From: Mobula birostris
Taxonomy: Eukaryota
DNA length: 64,000 nt
Direction: 5' to 3'
NCBI RefSeq assembly: GCF_030028105.1
Contig: NC_092391.1
Location: forward strand, 4,995,223 to 5,059,222
Part shown: positions 50,626-62,574 of the stretch, piece by piece
Layout of the letters: each line of letters starts with the position of its first letter
How positions within the stretch are numbered: position 1 is the stretch's first letter
The notes under the pieces: generated by a model
The model's database searches: none
The model's input: only the letters and a program-made list of their open reading frames with translations
What the model was told of the DNA's origin: nothing
Made by a program: the position numbers and the translations under genes

Positions 50626-52132
50626 ATGAGAAAAATAATAAGTGGGAAAATATCTGAGATGGAATGGAAATTTGGCTGTTCTAGGACAGCATTGGCACAG
50701 CTAATAGGTCTACTGCCTCATTCCAGTGTCTTGAGAACAGTCCTCTCCACCGGTGCTGTCTTTGTGAAGATTGGGTGTTCTCCTGTGACTATGTGGGTTT
50801 CTGTCCTGTGCTCCTATTTCGTCCCACATCCCAGAGTCATAATTGGCTGCTGTAAATGTGTCAAGAGTGAACGAACAGTTAAATCTGATGAAGTCAATGG
50901 GAAAATGGGTCTATAAAATGAGATTAGTGTTTGATGGACTTTTGAAGTTTAGCATGTACTTGATGGGCTGAAGGATCTGATTTTGTCCGTGTGACTTTGG
51001 TCCATAGCAGCGTGGAGAGCTGCAAGGGAGCAAAATTATCTGACATTTTGTAATGTAATAGTCATAGAGCAATACAGAATTGGATCCAGGCCCTTCAGCC
51101 GGAAAAGCCTACACTAGCCACTACGGTCACACCACTGGCCCCAGTTTCCTGCATTTGGCCCAAATCTCACTCCGTTCTGCCCCTCCATTTACCTACTAAA
51201 TATTTGCTAAAGGATACCGTGATACCTCCCTCAACCACTTCCTCTGGCAGCTCATTCCAATGCTCAACACCATCTGCATGGAAAAAGTTGTCCCCTGGGT
51301 CCCTTTAAATCTTTCCCCTCTCACCCTAAGCTTATGCTCTCTAGGTTTGAGCTCCTCTATCCTGTGGGAAAAGACTATTACTAATTTCCTTATCTATACC
51401 TTTCATAATTGAAGCACTTGTATAATGTTGATCTCATTCCTCTATTTTTCAAGGAATAAAGACCCAACCTCATCAATCTCTCCATTTAACTCAGGCCCTC
51501 GAGTCCTGGTTAAGCTATTAACTATTTGCCAACTTGTTTCTTGTAAACTCATTGGTGTTGCAGCATTTAATAGAGGTCCTAGAATTTAGTTCCATTTTTC
51601 ACAGAGGTTAAATACATTGGTTCCTTTTTGTTTGTAATACTTCTATGAATATAGTACATTGGAGAAATGTAATTGGATCTAAAACAATGCAGGCATTAGA
51701 CTTTGAGTAACGTTCATTTGTGATAAAGATGGTCTTGGTTTCCTTCAAGACAACATGGAAATTGACATTGCATCAGAGCTTTGCTCCTTGAATTATTACT
51801 GTACCGCTGACCACAAAATCCATGGTTATGTACTCACCAAAGATGTGGGGGAAGGCAGCTCACAAAGACTCCGCGATCCCTATTGCTCCAGTTTCACTGT
51901 TTCAGACTGCTGTCAGGCTTCAGTTCTGGACCATCTGCAGTCCAGCCATGATACTGCCAATGTTGCAAAATCCCATAGTTCAAAGGTTCCCAATCAGGGG
52001 TCCACAGACCCCTCAGTTAATGGTAGGGCTCCATGGCATAAAAAAAGTTTCGGAAGGCCTGCCATAGAGAGTAAAGCAGGAAGCTTAAAAATTACAACAT
52101 GTTCTGGGCTGTGAAATAAAGATTGGGAACCA

Positions 52133-52430
52133 CTATGCTACCGTGAGCGTAGCAGTTAGTGTGATGCTATTACAGCTCAGGTCATTGGAGTTTGGAGTTC
52201 AATCCCAGCTTCTCAACGTACAAAAGAGTTTGTCTGTTCTCCCAGTCGAAGGAGTGGGTTCCCTCCAGGTGTTCTGGTTGGCTTTCTTAGTCCAAGTAAA
52301 AAACCTACCGGTTAGTAGGTGAATTGGTCATTGTAAATTGTCCTGCGATTATGTTAGGGCTAAATCGGGTTTGTCGGGCATTGCTGGGCAGCATGGCTCG
52401 AAGGGCCAGAAGGACCTGTATCTCTAAACA
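52133..52430 (+). mobile_element. V-SINE
   Basis: gtagcagttag, gttcaatccc and the V-domain. Confidence 0.7.
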
Positions 52431-52464
52431 AAGAAAAAGATGAAAATAAGCTTGAAAATGACAT

Positions 52465-52770
52465 GTGGATCTCACCTATCACTTGCTGGCTTGTATTTCT
52501 CCCCACTCGCCTAGGTGTACCTATCACCTGCTAGCTTGCATTTCTTCCTCCTCACCTGGGTCAACCTATCACCTGCCAGCTTGTACTCCTCCTCTCCCCC
52601 CCACCTACTTATTCTAGCTTTTGCCCCCTTCTTTCCAGTTCTGATGAATGATCTCCTGAGATGTCAATTGCCTATTTTTTTTTCCATAGATGCTGCCTGA
52701 CCTGCTGAGTTCCTCCAGCATTTTTTGTGTAAGGCTCTGGTTTTGAGCATCTGCAGAATCTCTTGTTTCT
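52465..52770 (+). mobile_element. Penelope-like pLTR fragment with triplicated cacctatcacctgc segment
   Basis: Three cacctatcac(c/t)tgc..gcttg units, then ccagttCTGATGA and the gatgctgcctgacctgctgagttcctccagc tail. Confidence 0.7.
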
Positions 52771-53781
52771 AGTTTTGCAGGTTTTATTTCTATTTGTGGG
52801 AATGTTAATGTGCATATTAAGAGCTGAAGGTGCTGTGCTGTACTAGAACATAGAGCAGTACAGTGCTGTAAGGCCCTTCCACATTCTGTACTGTTCTATG
52901 TTTATAACCTTGCAAAAGAAAGACAAGTAGAGAATGCTATGGACTCCTGAAGCATGCTGTGCTGATCTCCTCAACACCTTTTGCCGTCTTATCCCCAATA
53001 TTTCTGTAAACAAGGATTTAAGCAGTAATTATTGGGCTAGTAAGCAACTGAGGAGCTAGCTTGTATCTCCTGAAACAAAGTGCAACTATTTCAAGCATTT
53101 AACTTGGTGGACATATTGAAAAACACTGGAAATTCTCTTTGGATTCTCTTTGAAATTCTCTTTGAAGGTTGTGCTGGAGAAGGTGACTAGAATGCCTCCT
53201 GGTAGTGGAGAAATCCATAGGTCACCCTCAGCAATTCCCTGCTCCATCACCGGGTACAGAAGCTGCTATCAGTTTTCCACCATTAAAGAAAATGAATACT
53301 GATAACCTCAACCTTCTCTCTCATTAGGGACAAGCATGGTAGTGTAGCAGATAAAGTAACACTATTACAGTGCCAGTGACCCAGATTCAAATCTGCCACT
53401 GTCTGTAAGGAGTTTGTATGTTCTCCCCATGACCCTGTGGGTGTTCCAAAGACGTACAAGCTTTGGGCATGTGATGTTGGCAATGGAAGCAGGGTGACAC
53501 TTGCGGACTGTCTTCAAAACGACGCATTTCACTGTAGGTGTCAATATACGTGTGAGGAATAAAGCTAATCTTTATCTTCATTGTCTTATCTGGATTGTAA
53601 TGTTTATATCATTATGGCAAGTGCCACAATGATGCAAGAACACTATCTGCAGAAGTCGAGCGTGGACTGGGAGGTGTTTTGTCAGGTAAGTGACCTGGGT
53701 GTGCAGTATTGTGGCAGTTCCAGGACTCATTTTCTTAAGTTATCATCCAGCTTGTGTTAACCATAGAACTGTTATTAGGAG

Positions 53782-53983
53782 CATGGTTCCCTCTAAGCTG
53801 CACGGGTGCGTGGCTGCACAGTAACTGAAATGCTCCCCAGACATAGCCGTTGTCGCCAAGCTGCTGGAATTTTTTATATAATGCTGATATGAAGTGCTGT
53901 GCAGTTTTCAAGCCATGTAAAAATTTCTTGCTCAGAGCAATGGTGGGTCCACACAGCTGTAAAACAAATTAGAGGGAACATTG
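53782..53983. mobile_element. hAT MITE with perfect 8-bp TSD
   Basis: ATTAGGAG at 53774-81 and 53984-91; TIRs catggttccctctaa / ttagagggaacattg (13/15 match). Confidence 0.88.
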
Positions 53984-54391
53984 ATTAGGAGGATTCAGCA
54001 GAGAAAGTGTAGTTTCTGATCTCTTTTCCTGAGTTATTTCTTGAAATCCACTTATAACTACAGTGCTCTAGTTGCTGATGCCAGGCAGACTTTCTCTGAA
54101 GAGTATTGATAATGGCTGGGGTCACCTGTCTTGTAAAGACTCTGCCCAGAGGAAGACAATGGCAAACCACTTATGTAGAAAAATTTCCAAGAGCAATTAC
54201 GGTCAAAGACCACAATTACCCATGTCGTGTAATATGGCACATAATGAACTCTCTGTGTGTGTATTTGTGTTATGGATCCTTTTCCATCCATGGAAGAAGA
54301 AGTGGGGTGGGGTGGGGGGAAGAACCACCAGAGGGAGGCGATGGGTGAGCAAAGAAATAACATGAGAGGGGGACAAGGGGATGGGAAATGG

Positions 54392-54745
54392 TGTACTTTT
54401 TCCATAGATGCTGCCTGGCCTGCTCGGTTCTTCCAACAGTTTGTGTGACTCCTAACCCCCCCCCCCCTCGCCCCATGGCCTCCTTCACCAATCAACTTCC
54501 TAGCTCTTTGCTTCATCCCTCCCCCTCCAAGTTTCACCTATCTCCTGGTGTTTCTCTCTCCCCTTCCCCCACCTTTCAAATCTACTCCTCAGCTTTTCTT
54601 CCCCCCCCCCAGTCCTGCCAAAGGATTTCAGCCTGAAACGTCAACTGTACTTTTTTCCATAGATGCTGCCTGGCCTGCTGAGTTCCTTCAGTATTTTGTG
54701 TGTGTTGTTCAGGTTTCCAGCATCTGCACTTTTCCCTTGTTTGTA
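54392..54745 (+). mobile_element. Penelope-like element with partial tandem pLTR duplication
   Basis: tgtacttttt(t)ccatagatgctgcctggcctgct occurs at about 54392 and again at about 54646. Confidence 0.75.
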
Positions 54746-54934
54746 TTTTTAAAACAATGCATTCCCTTTGCCATTAAAGAGTGCCCCAGCGAAGTTAGCC
54801 AGACTTTCCTTTTGAAAACCCTTTTAGAGTTCATCAAATACATTATGCAGAATTTCGGAGCAATTTTGCCAAATGATTTTGGCAATCAAGTTACAAATTT
54901 GTAATCAAGAGGAAAAGGATTTATTAAAAATCAT

Positions 54935-55372
54935 GTTACACACATCAAAGTTGCTGGTGAACGCAGCAGGCTAGGCAGCATCTCTAGGAAGAGGTACAGT
55001 CGACGTTTTGGGCTGAGACCCTTCGTCAGGACTAACTGAATGAAGAGTTAGTAAGAGATTTGAAAGTGGGAGGGGGAGGGGGAGATCCAAAATGATAGGA
55101 GAAGACAGGAGGGGGAGGGATGGAGCCAAGAGCTGGACAGGTGATTGGCAAAAGGGATATGAAAGGATCATGGGACAGGAGGCCCAGGGAGAAAGAAAAG
55201 GGGGAGGGGGGGAAACCCAGAGGATGGGCACGGGGTATAGTGAGAGGGACAGAGGGAGAAAGGGGGGGGGAGAGAGAGAGAAAGAATGTGTGTATATAAA
55301 TAAATAACAGATAGCATACGAGGGGGAGGTGGGGCAGAAGTTAGAGAAGTCAATGTTCATGCCGTAAGGTTG
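54935..55372 (-). mobile_element. Young-subfamily Penelope-like element 3' part
   Basis: Minus strand QPYGMNIDFSNF (end of PLE endonuclease ORF), pyrimidine-rich region, hammerhead motif, tail ccagcaactttgatgtgtg. Confidence 0.85.
54998..55033 (-). ncRNA. Minimal hammerhead motif, G12->A variant (probably inactive)
   Basis: AGUC-CUGACGA-A-GGGUCUCAGCCC-AAAA-C-GUC-GACU; stem I is perfect. Confidence 0.55.
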
Positions 55373-55811
55373 CAGTTTGGAAACTAGACGTGCATTAAAA
55401 AGTAGCAGAATTGTACTGTACTTGTAATTTATCTGTATTTTTGTATTTTATGTTTTGCCTTTTGCACATTGCTTACTGGTGAGTCTTTGTGTATAGGCTT
55501 CATTGATTCTATTGTATTTCATTATTCTACTGTGAATGCTTGCAAGAGGATTAGGGCGGCATGGCACCGTTGCAGTTAGCACATCACTTTACAAATCCAG
55601 CAACCCGGGTTCAATTCCCACCTCTGCCTGGAAGGAGTTTGTACATTCTCCCTGCCAACATGTGGGTTTTCTCCGGCTGCTCTGGTTTCTTCCCAATGGG
55701 TCACTGCAGATTGTCCTATGATTAAGCTAGGGTTAAATTTGGGTTGTTATATCTCAGTAAATGAATCTCAGGGTGGTATATGGTGACATATACATTGATA
55801 ATAAATTTACT

Positions 55812-55975
55812 CTGAGCAACACACACAAAATGCTGATGAACGCAGCAGGCCAGGCAGCATCTATAGGAAGAGGTACAGTCGACGTTTTGGGCTGAGACCT
55901 TTCGTCAGGACTAACTGAAAGAAGAGATAGTAAGAGATTTGAGAGCGGGAGGGGGAGATCCAAAATGATACGAGA
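55812..55975 (-). mobile_element. Penelope-like pLTR with hammerhead motif (55877-55912)
   Basis: AGUC-CUGACGA-A-AGGUCUCAGCCC-AAAA-C-GUC-GACU. Confidence 0.8.
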
Positions 55976-57169
55976 TAAGGTGTTGTTTTGTACTCCACCT
56001 TCCGGGGTGATTAATGGAGTTACCATTATATGTTGAAGAATGATTGTTCTCACTGTATTTGTATGAAATTAGCAGTTTGATAGGAATTGTGGATTTATTT
56101 AAATCAAATGCTTTATAGGGATGGAACACTTGAATTTATTAAACTAGTAATCCAGAGGCCTGGATTATTAAAGAATCATTACATCTGTCCAAATGCCCCC
56201 ATGGCAACTATAGATCTTACTCCCGTTGTTTAATAATAGACTCATCACAGTACTGCCATGTTGTAAAAGCTTATTTTGGCAATTGACTGTCCTCCACAAC
56301 ATGTACAATCCAGGGGCAATTTAACAAGTCAGACAGCAGCATCTGTGAAGGGAAGTAAATATTTGACATTTCAGGCCAGGATTCTTCATCAGGACCCAAC
56401 GTGTGAGGCTGGCCTCTTGTTCTGTTCCTTGGCAATGTGCATGACTCTTCATCGAAGCAATATTGGTTAATAGGTTTAGTGCTGTCACATGTACTGAGGT
56501 ACAGTGAGAAACTTTGCATACAGTTCATACAGATCAATTCATTACGACACTGCAGGCCTTTTAACACAAATACCTTTTAACCAGTAATGGATAAATAGTT
56601 CAAGGGTGATGGGCCAGAGCCAGCATAAGGGTGCTCATGATAAAATGCTCATGTTCTGAAGACAAAAAAAAAATCACCGTGAATTCAGGACTTGCTTTTT
56701 CCTTTAATTTAAAACTTTATAATTGTGAAAATCCTACCTTTAATACTAGGTTTGAATGAAACATTTTCCTTGATATTCTTTCTATAGCCTCTGCAACTAA
56801 TGAAGGCGTTTGATACAGAGTTGTTTTGTTCACAGTACTAATGGTTGGATAATCTATGTGGTGAAAAGCGAAAAAAAAAAATACCCTCTTGGAAATCTGA
56901 AAAAATCACAGAAAATGCTGGGGATTCTCTGCAGCTCAGACAATGTTTGTGGGGAGAGGAACACCATCAACCAGGGTTGATTTACCCATTACTAGTTTAA
57001 AGGAGTTTGTGTTTAAAAAGCCCACAATGTTGTAATGAATTGACGTGTATGAACAGTATTCAAGACAAGTTGCTCTTTGTACCTCGGAGCATGTGACAGT
57101 AACAGCTGTAGGTCTGAGGGTTAAATACTGACCAGGACCCCTCCCCTTTTTCAGTGAGTCCCTCCTTAA

Positions 57170-57742
57170 GTCACTCTCAAAGCAGATGCTGAGGCTTTAT
57201 ATAGCATTGGTTAGACTACACTTGAATATTGTGAGCAGTTTTGGGCTCCTTATCCTAAAAGGTATGCTGCCTTTGGAGAGGGTTGAGAGTAAGTTCACAA
57301 GAATGATTCCAGGAATTGAAATGGTTAACATATGAGGAGAGTTTGATAGCTCTGGGCCTGTACTCACTGGAGTTTACAAGACAAAGGGAGGGGTCTCATT
57401 GAAACTTATCAAATTTTGGAAGGCCTTGATAGAGTGGATGTGGAGATGATGTTTCCTATTATGGGGAGTCTAGGACCAGAGGGTATCCATTTAGAACAAA
57501 GATTAGGAGGAATATCTTTAGTCAGAGGGTGGTGAATCTGTGGAATTCATTGCTATAGACAGCTGTAGATGTCAAGTCATTAAGTATAGTTAAAGCAGAT
57601 GTTAATAGGTTCTCGATTAGTAAGGGCATCAGAGGTTATGGGGAGAAGGCAGAAGAATGGGCTCGAGAGAGATAATAAATCGGTCATGAGGGACTCGATG
57701 GACAGAGTGGCCTAATTCTGCTCCTATTCCTTGTGCCTTATG
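57170..57742 (+). mobile_element. CR1 LINE 3' end
   Basis: Decayed LYIALVRLHL...FWAPY coding region and cctaattctgctcctatt tail. Confidence 0.8.
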
Positions 57743-58319
57743 ACAGTTGGGCGTTGGTTTTCATACCTCATCCACTGATGCCATTGGCTTTTCTGTGCAG
57801 GGTTGTCACATGAGTAATAGTAACGTGACAAGTACAAGATATGCTCAGCCTCCTGGAATGGGACAGCCTGTGACAGATTCACATGCATTGCAGCTGAAGT
57901 TTAAAGCTTTTCCAGTTACTGTAAAAGTTGACAACATTGAGTCTGCTTTAAAATGTGCATTGCTTAGATATCAGAGCTCAGTTTATAAATGCATGAAAGA
58001 ACTCACTAATGTATGCAGCGTACTCATTTGCATTGGTGTAATTCACTTGTGTGAGAACCAGTATAACATGCCAACAGATTGTAACAATGATTAAACATAA
58101 TTTTGTAATTGTCACTGAGAGATTATCTCAACTCTGCCACAGTTGTCATCAGGCACAGAGGGTTCATTAATTGCCGGGCCACAATACTGAATTATCTGCC
58201 AGAGTTGGGGATTGGTCATTACTGCCAGCTGATTGGAGCTATAAGAAGTATCTCTACTTTGCTCATTTCCTTAGACATAAGAGGCAATATTTCACTACAT
58301 TTTACTTAAGTCCATAATC

Positions 58320-59255
58320 ATATGTCATAGGAACAGAATTAGGCCATTCAGCCCATCAAGTCTGCTCCACATGCCATCATGGCTGATTTATTATCTCCTT
58401 CATCCCCATTCTCCTGCCTTCTTCCCATAAACTTTGATGCCCTGACTAATCAAGAACCTCTCAACGTCTGCTTTAAATATACCCAATAACTTGGCTTCCA
58501 CAGCCATCTGTGGCAATGAATTCCATAGATTCACCACCCTCTAGCAAAAGAAATATCTCCTCATCTCTGTTCTGGCAGCTTGTCATTGTATTCAGAGGCT
58601 GTGTCCTCTGGTCCTAGACTCTCCCACTATAGGAAATATCCTTTCCCAGTCCACTCCATCTGTCCTTTGAATATCAGAATTGGGTATAATATCATTAGCA
58701 AGTGCCGTGAAATTTATTTTGTAGCCACAGTACTTTGCAATACATAATAAAAACTATAAATTGCAGTAAGAAGTACTCATTCAGCAATCTGGTGGAGCGG
58801 AAGAAGCTGTTCCTAAAAGGTTGGGTGTGTGTTTTCAGGCTCCTGTACCACCTCGTTGATGGTACAATGAAAAGAGAGCATGTTCTAATGATGGTTGCTG
58901 TCTTTTTGAGTTATCGCCTTTATAAAATGTCCTCAATACTGGGGAAACGAGTGCCTGTGATGGAGCTGGCTCAGTTTACAACTTTTTGCAGCTTTTCCTG
59001 ATCCCGTGCAGTGGCCCCTCCATACCGTTTTTCATATCAACATTCTATATCATATTGGATAGGTTTCTATTTCAATATTGATTCCATAATCAGCATTTGA
59101 AAGGTTTCAATGAGATCCACCCTCATTCTTCTAAGCTCCAATGAGTGCAGGTCTAGAACCATCAAACGCTCCTCATGTGTTAATCCTTTTATTCCTGGTG
59201 CCATTGTCATGACCCCCTCTGGACTCTTTCCAATGCCAACACAACTTTTCTTAGG
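58320..59255 (-). mobile_element. CR1 3' end split by a Rex1-type insertion (about 58675-59030)
   Basis: cataggaacagaattaggcc terminus; resumes at about 59075 with HEERLMVLDLHSLELRRMRVDLIETF. Confidence 0.72.
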
Positions 59256-59527
59256 TGAAGAGCCTGCGTGCAAGTAACTGTTTGTGCACGTAGCTGCTGA
59301 AACGTGATAGAATATTTTCTGCTGCTCCCATGGTAGAAGTGAAGGGTGAAGCAGCAATGAAAGAGATGGATCTACTTTTACAAATTCTACTACAAAGTGA
59401 ATGTGACCCGGTAGCTAGCAGTTAGCGCATCACTTTACAGTGCCTGCAGTTCCTGCCATTTTGTGTAAGAAGTTTATATGTTCTCCCCGTGACTGTGTGG
59501 GTTTTCCTCTGTGTGCTTATCGACACC

Positions 59528-60049
59528 ATCGGGACCAGTACATTTTGGCCCAATTAGCTGAAGTTTAATACCTTTACAGTACAATAAAGCTGTATTAGTC
59601 CCTAATAGGTGTTGACGGAGAAATTCATCTCCTGTGTTTGATTAACTGTAATTCTTAACTTGTTGAAGTAGTGAAGTTGTTTCATTTTCACTCCAGGCCA
59701 TTTCTGACATCTCCAAGCTTGAATGCTTGAAACTGTAGTAAGCAACACAGTTCTGAATTGTCTTAATGCTTATTTCTCGCCAAATAACAGTGACAAAAAT
59801 CACTGCTTTTTGAACACAGCACATGCTATTTAAAAACTGTTTGCTCTGAGCATGGTGTGGTGTCTAATGTCCACGCAAGTGCTCGTAACTGACGCCAGTT
59901 AGAAACTTTTCAGCAACAGTCTTCTTCTCCAAGAGAACAGCGTAGTCTCTCAAATAAACAAAAGGAATCTCGTCTAATTTCTTGATTTAGTTTTTGTTCT
60001 TTGAGTTGTCCCAAAATAAACGACTGTCCCAATTAAATAGAATCCACTG
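59528..60049. mobile_element. Tigger/pogo-like non-autonomous element, internally deleted
   Basis: Homologous to 5688-6498; ends aatccactg|ta. Confidence 0.7.
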
Positions 60050-60532
60050 TATTTGTTCTATAAAACCAACAACTAGACTATAACTTCTACATTAAAAAAA
60101 TTAAAATTGTCTTGCTGATAGATCATTTTTTTCCCTATCTGTTTCATCAAACTCGTCTGTTTAAAGCCCTAAACTTTATGTATTGTATTTTTCTATTGTC
60201 CGTGTGCTTATCTAAGAATTTCTTAAATATCCTTAATGTATCTGCCTCTACCCCCACCCTTAGCAGGGCATTCCATGCACCTACTACTTCAAATTCAAGT
60301 TTGTTTATTGTCATTCAACCATACACCAGGAACAAAACCAGGATCTTCAGGGACTGAGGTGCAAAACACAGTAGGTATAGAACATACAGCACATAAAATA
60401 ATAACAATAAAAAAGTATTTTGTAGATATACAAGTTGACATGGTAGTGTACTGGTTAGCACAATGCTTTATAGTACCAGTGAGTAGGGTTAAATTCCCGG
60501 AGCTTCCTGTAAGGAGATTGCATCTCTCTGTA

Positions 60533-60572
60533 ACAGTCCTGACGAAGGGTCTCGGCCCGAAACGTCATCTGT
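60533..60572 (+). ncRNA. Minimal type I hammerhead ribozyme motif, best-preserved catalytic core in the window
   Basis: CUGACGA (60539-45), A, stem II GGGUC/GGCCC, GAAA (60559-62), C-GUC with predicted cleavage 3' of 60566. Stem I ACAG/CUGU has two core-proximal mismatches. Confidence 0.7.
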
Positions 60573-60632
60573 ACCTCTTCCTAGAGGTGCTGCCTGGCCT
60601 GCTGCGTTCACCAGCAACTTCTATGTGTGTTG
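60538..60632 (+). mobile_element. 95-nt Penelope-derived insertion with 14-bp TSD
   Basis: CTCTCTGTAACAGT is identical at 60524-60537 and 60633-60646. Confidence 0.88.
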
Positions 60633-61524
60633 CTCTCTGTAACAGTATGGGTTTCCTCTGGGTGCTCTGGTTTCCTCCCACCTTCCAAAGCTGTACTGTT
60701 GGTAAGATAATTGGTCCTTGCAAACTGTCCTATAATTGGCCTAGGGTTAAATTGGGGGTTTGCTGCATCGTGCGGCTGGAACGGCCTGTTCTGTGCTGTA
60801 TTTCAATAAACAAATTGACATAAGTACACCTAGTTAAATATACAACAGTATTACTGCTACTGGCCCTGTCATAAATAATGTGTTCTGGGTGAAAGCAAAG
60901 TTCAAAAGTCTCACAGCCTGGGGTAAGGAAGAAGCTGTTACCCAGCCTAGCTGTCCTTGTTCTTGTATGGTGGTATCTTCTACTTGGTGGCAGGAGGTCA
61001 AAGAGGTCGTGGGTTGGATGGGAAGTGTCCTTGACTATGCTGAGGGCTCTGCGAATGGCAGTCCTGATGTATGTCCTGGATGGGGGGGGTGGGGGGTGTG
61101 AGGGAGACCCCCTATGATTCTCTCAGCAGGCCTTCTGTTCCTTTGCTGGATCATGAAGTATGTCTGCTCTCTCAGGCGGTACTTCTTCAAAGGGAAAAGT
61201 GGGCATTCTCTCTGAGCTCCTAATATTTATCTCAGTCGTCGTTCTGCTCATTATCACTTTGCTGTAGTGAGAGTTTGCACTGTGCAAATTGACTGCTGCA
61301 CTTCCTGAAACAGCAGCTTTTCAAAAGCACTCAAGGACATCCTGAGAAGGTGTAAAATATCAGGCACTTTTACTTTCTATTTATTCCAAACAGTAAGGCT
61401 GCAGTTTTATTTTGAACCTGATAATTAAGCACATGACCAGTAATACCCCGTTTCTTAAGGAGCAGATTGACAACAGGGAATATGCAGACTGAGAATCAAA
61501 TTGTACACAGTCTTTATCACCTTT

Positions 61525-62005
61525 TCAAGATTCAAGATCGTTTAATACGATTCCCAGTACAAAAATGTAAAAGAGAATGAAATTATTATTACTCGAGCTG
61601 ATGCAGCACAAAAAATTCACACACTAAGATAAAGGACACAATAGATATATATGTATAACTTAGTTTCTATGCATAGATTGATTGTATGTCCATAAAGTGA
61701 CACTAGGCACAGGTGTATCAGTACTTAAAGTGACTGACAGGAAATGATAAAGTGGTGGTGGTTGGGGAAAGGAGGGTTAGTGGGTGGAGGTGTTGATCAG
61801 CCTACTGCTTGGGGAGAGTAACTGTTTTGAAGTCTCGTAGGCCAGGTGTGGATGCTACGTAGCCTCCTCCCTAATGGGAGAAGGACAAACAGTCCATGAG
61901 CAGGGTGGGTGGGATCCTTCATGATGTTACTGTACCTTTTCCAGCACCTTTCTGTACTTCTGTGCTAGATGGTGGCTAGGCTGCTGCTGGTAATGCATTG
62001 GGCAG
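61525..62005 (-). mobile_element. Rex1-type LINE 3' end, subfamily also at about 46915-47130 and 63140-63395
   Basis: ttcaagattcaagatcgtttaat terminus; decayed KDPTHPAHGLF.LLP.GRRLRSI coding region. Confidence 0.65.
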
Positions 62006-62574
62006 TGCATAAATGGGAGAAAAAAAGCAATTTTGATTCAAAAAATGGTCAGATCTTTTCAGAATAATTCTCTGATTAACTTTATATTTGCTCTGCCAGC
62101 CAGTTAATTTAACATGTAGTACTTAAAGGCATCAGGATTGGAATGGCCAAACTTGGTGTCATCTGTTCACTGTGATTCAAGGTCATTCCATCAATGTGTT
62201 GCAACTTTTAAAGTCTTTAACCACATACAACCTGTTAACAAAGTGTGCTTATGTCACCATCTACTGCCTTAACATACATTTTTATGAAAAAAATCCTTTG
62301 GAATTTACAAAAAAAATCTATGCATAAACAGGCAAAGATTGACAAACAACCAAAGTGCAAAAGAAGACAAACTGTGCAAATAAAAATAATACTGGAACAT
62401 GAGTTGTAAAGTGTCTTTGAAAGTGAGTGTAGGTTCTGCTCTGGTTTCCTCCCACAGTGCAATTGGTGATTGTCCTGTGATTAGGCTAGGCGTAAATCGG
62501 TGGGTTGTTGGGCAGCGTGGCTCAGTGGCGTGGAAAGGCCTGTTAAGTGCTGTATCTCTAAATGTAATTTTTTA

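Larger units (their letters stand above)
60435..60815 (+). mobile_element. V-SINE interrupted by a 95-nt hammerhead-bearing insertion
   Basis: Head gtactggttagc; V-domain tgggtttcctctgggtgctctggtttcctcccac resumes after 60646. Confidence 0.8.

Noticed and set aside
54775-54904. ECPSEVSQTF... as the next RABGAP1 exon
   Set aside because: It lacks the conserved I.RDI.RTFP TBC motif expected after ...LITK, has no phase-compatible acceptor and ends in a stop.
60236-60823. 195-aa ORF
   Set aside because: It runs through a mosaic of CR1, Rex1 tail, V-SINE and PLE fragments and has no recognisable domain.
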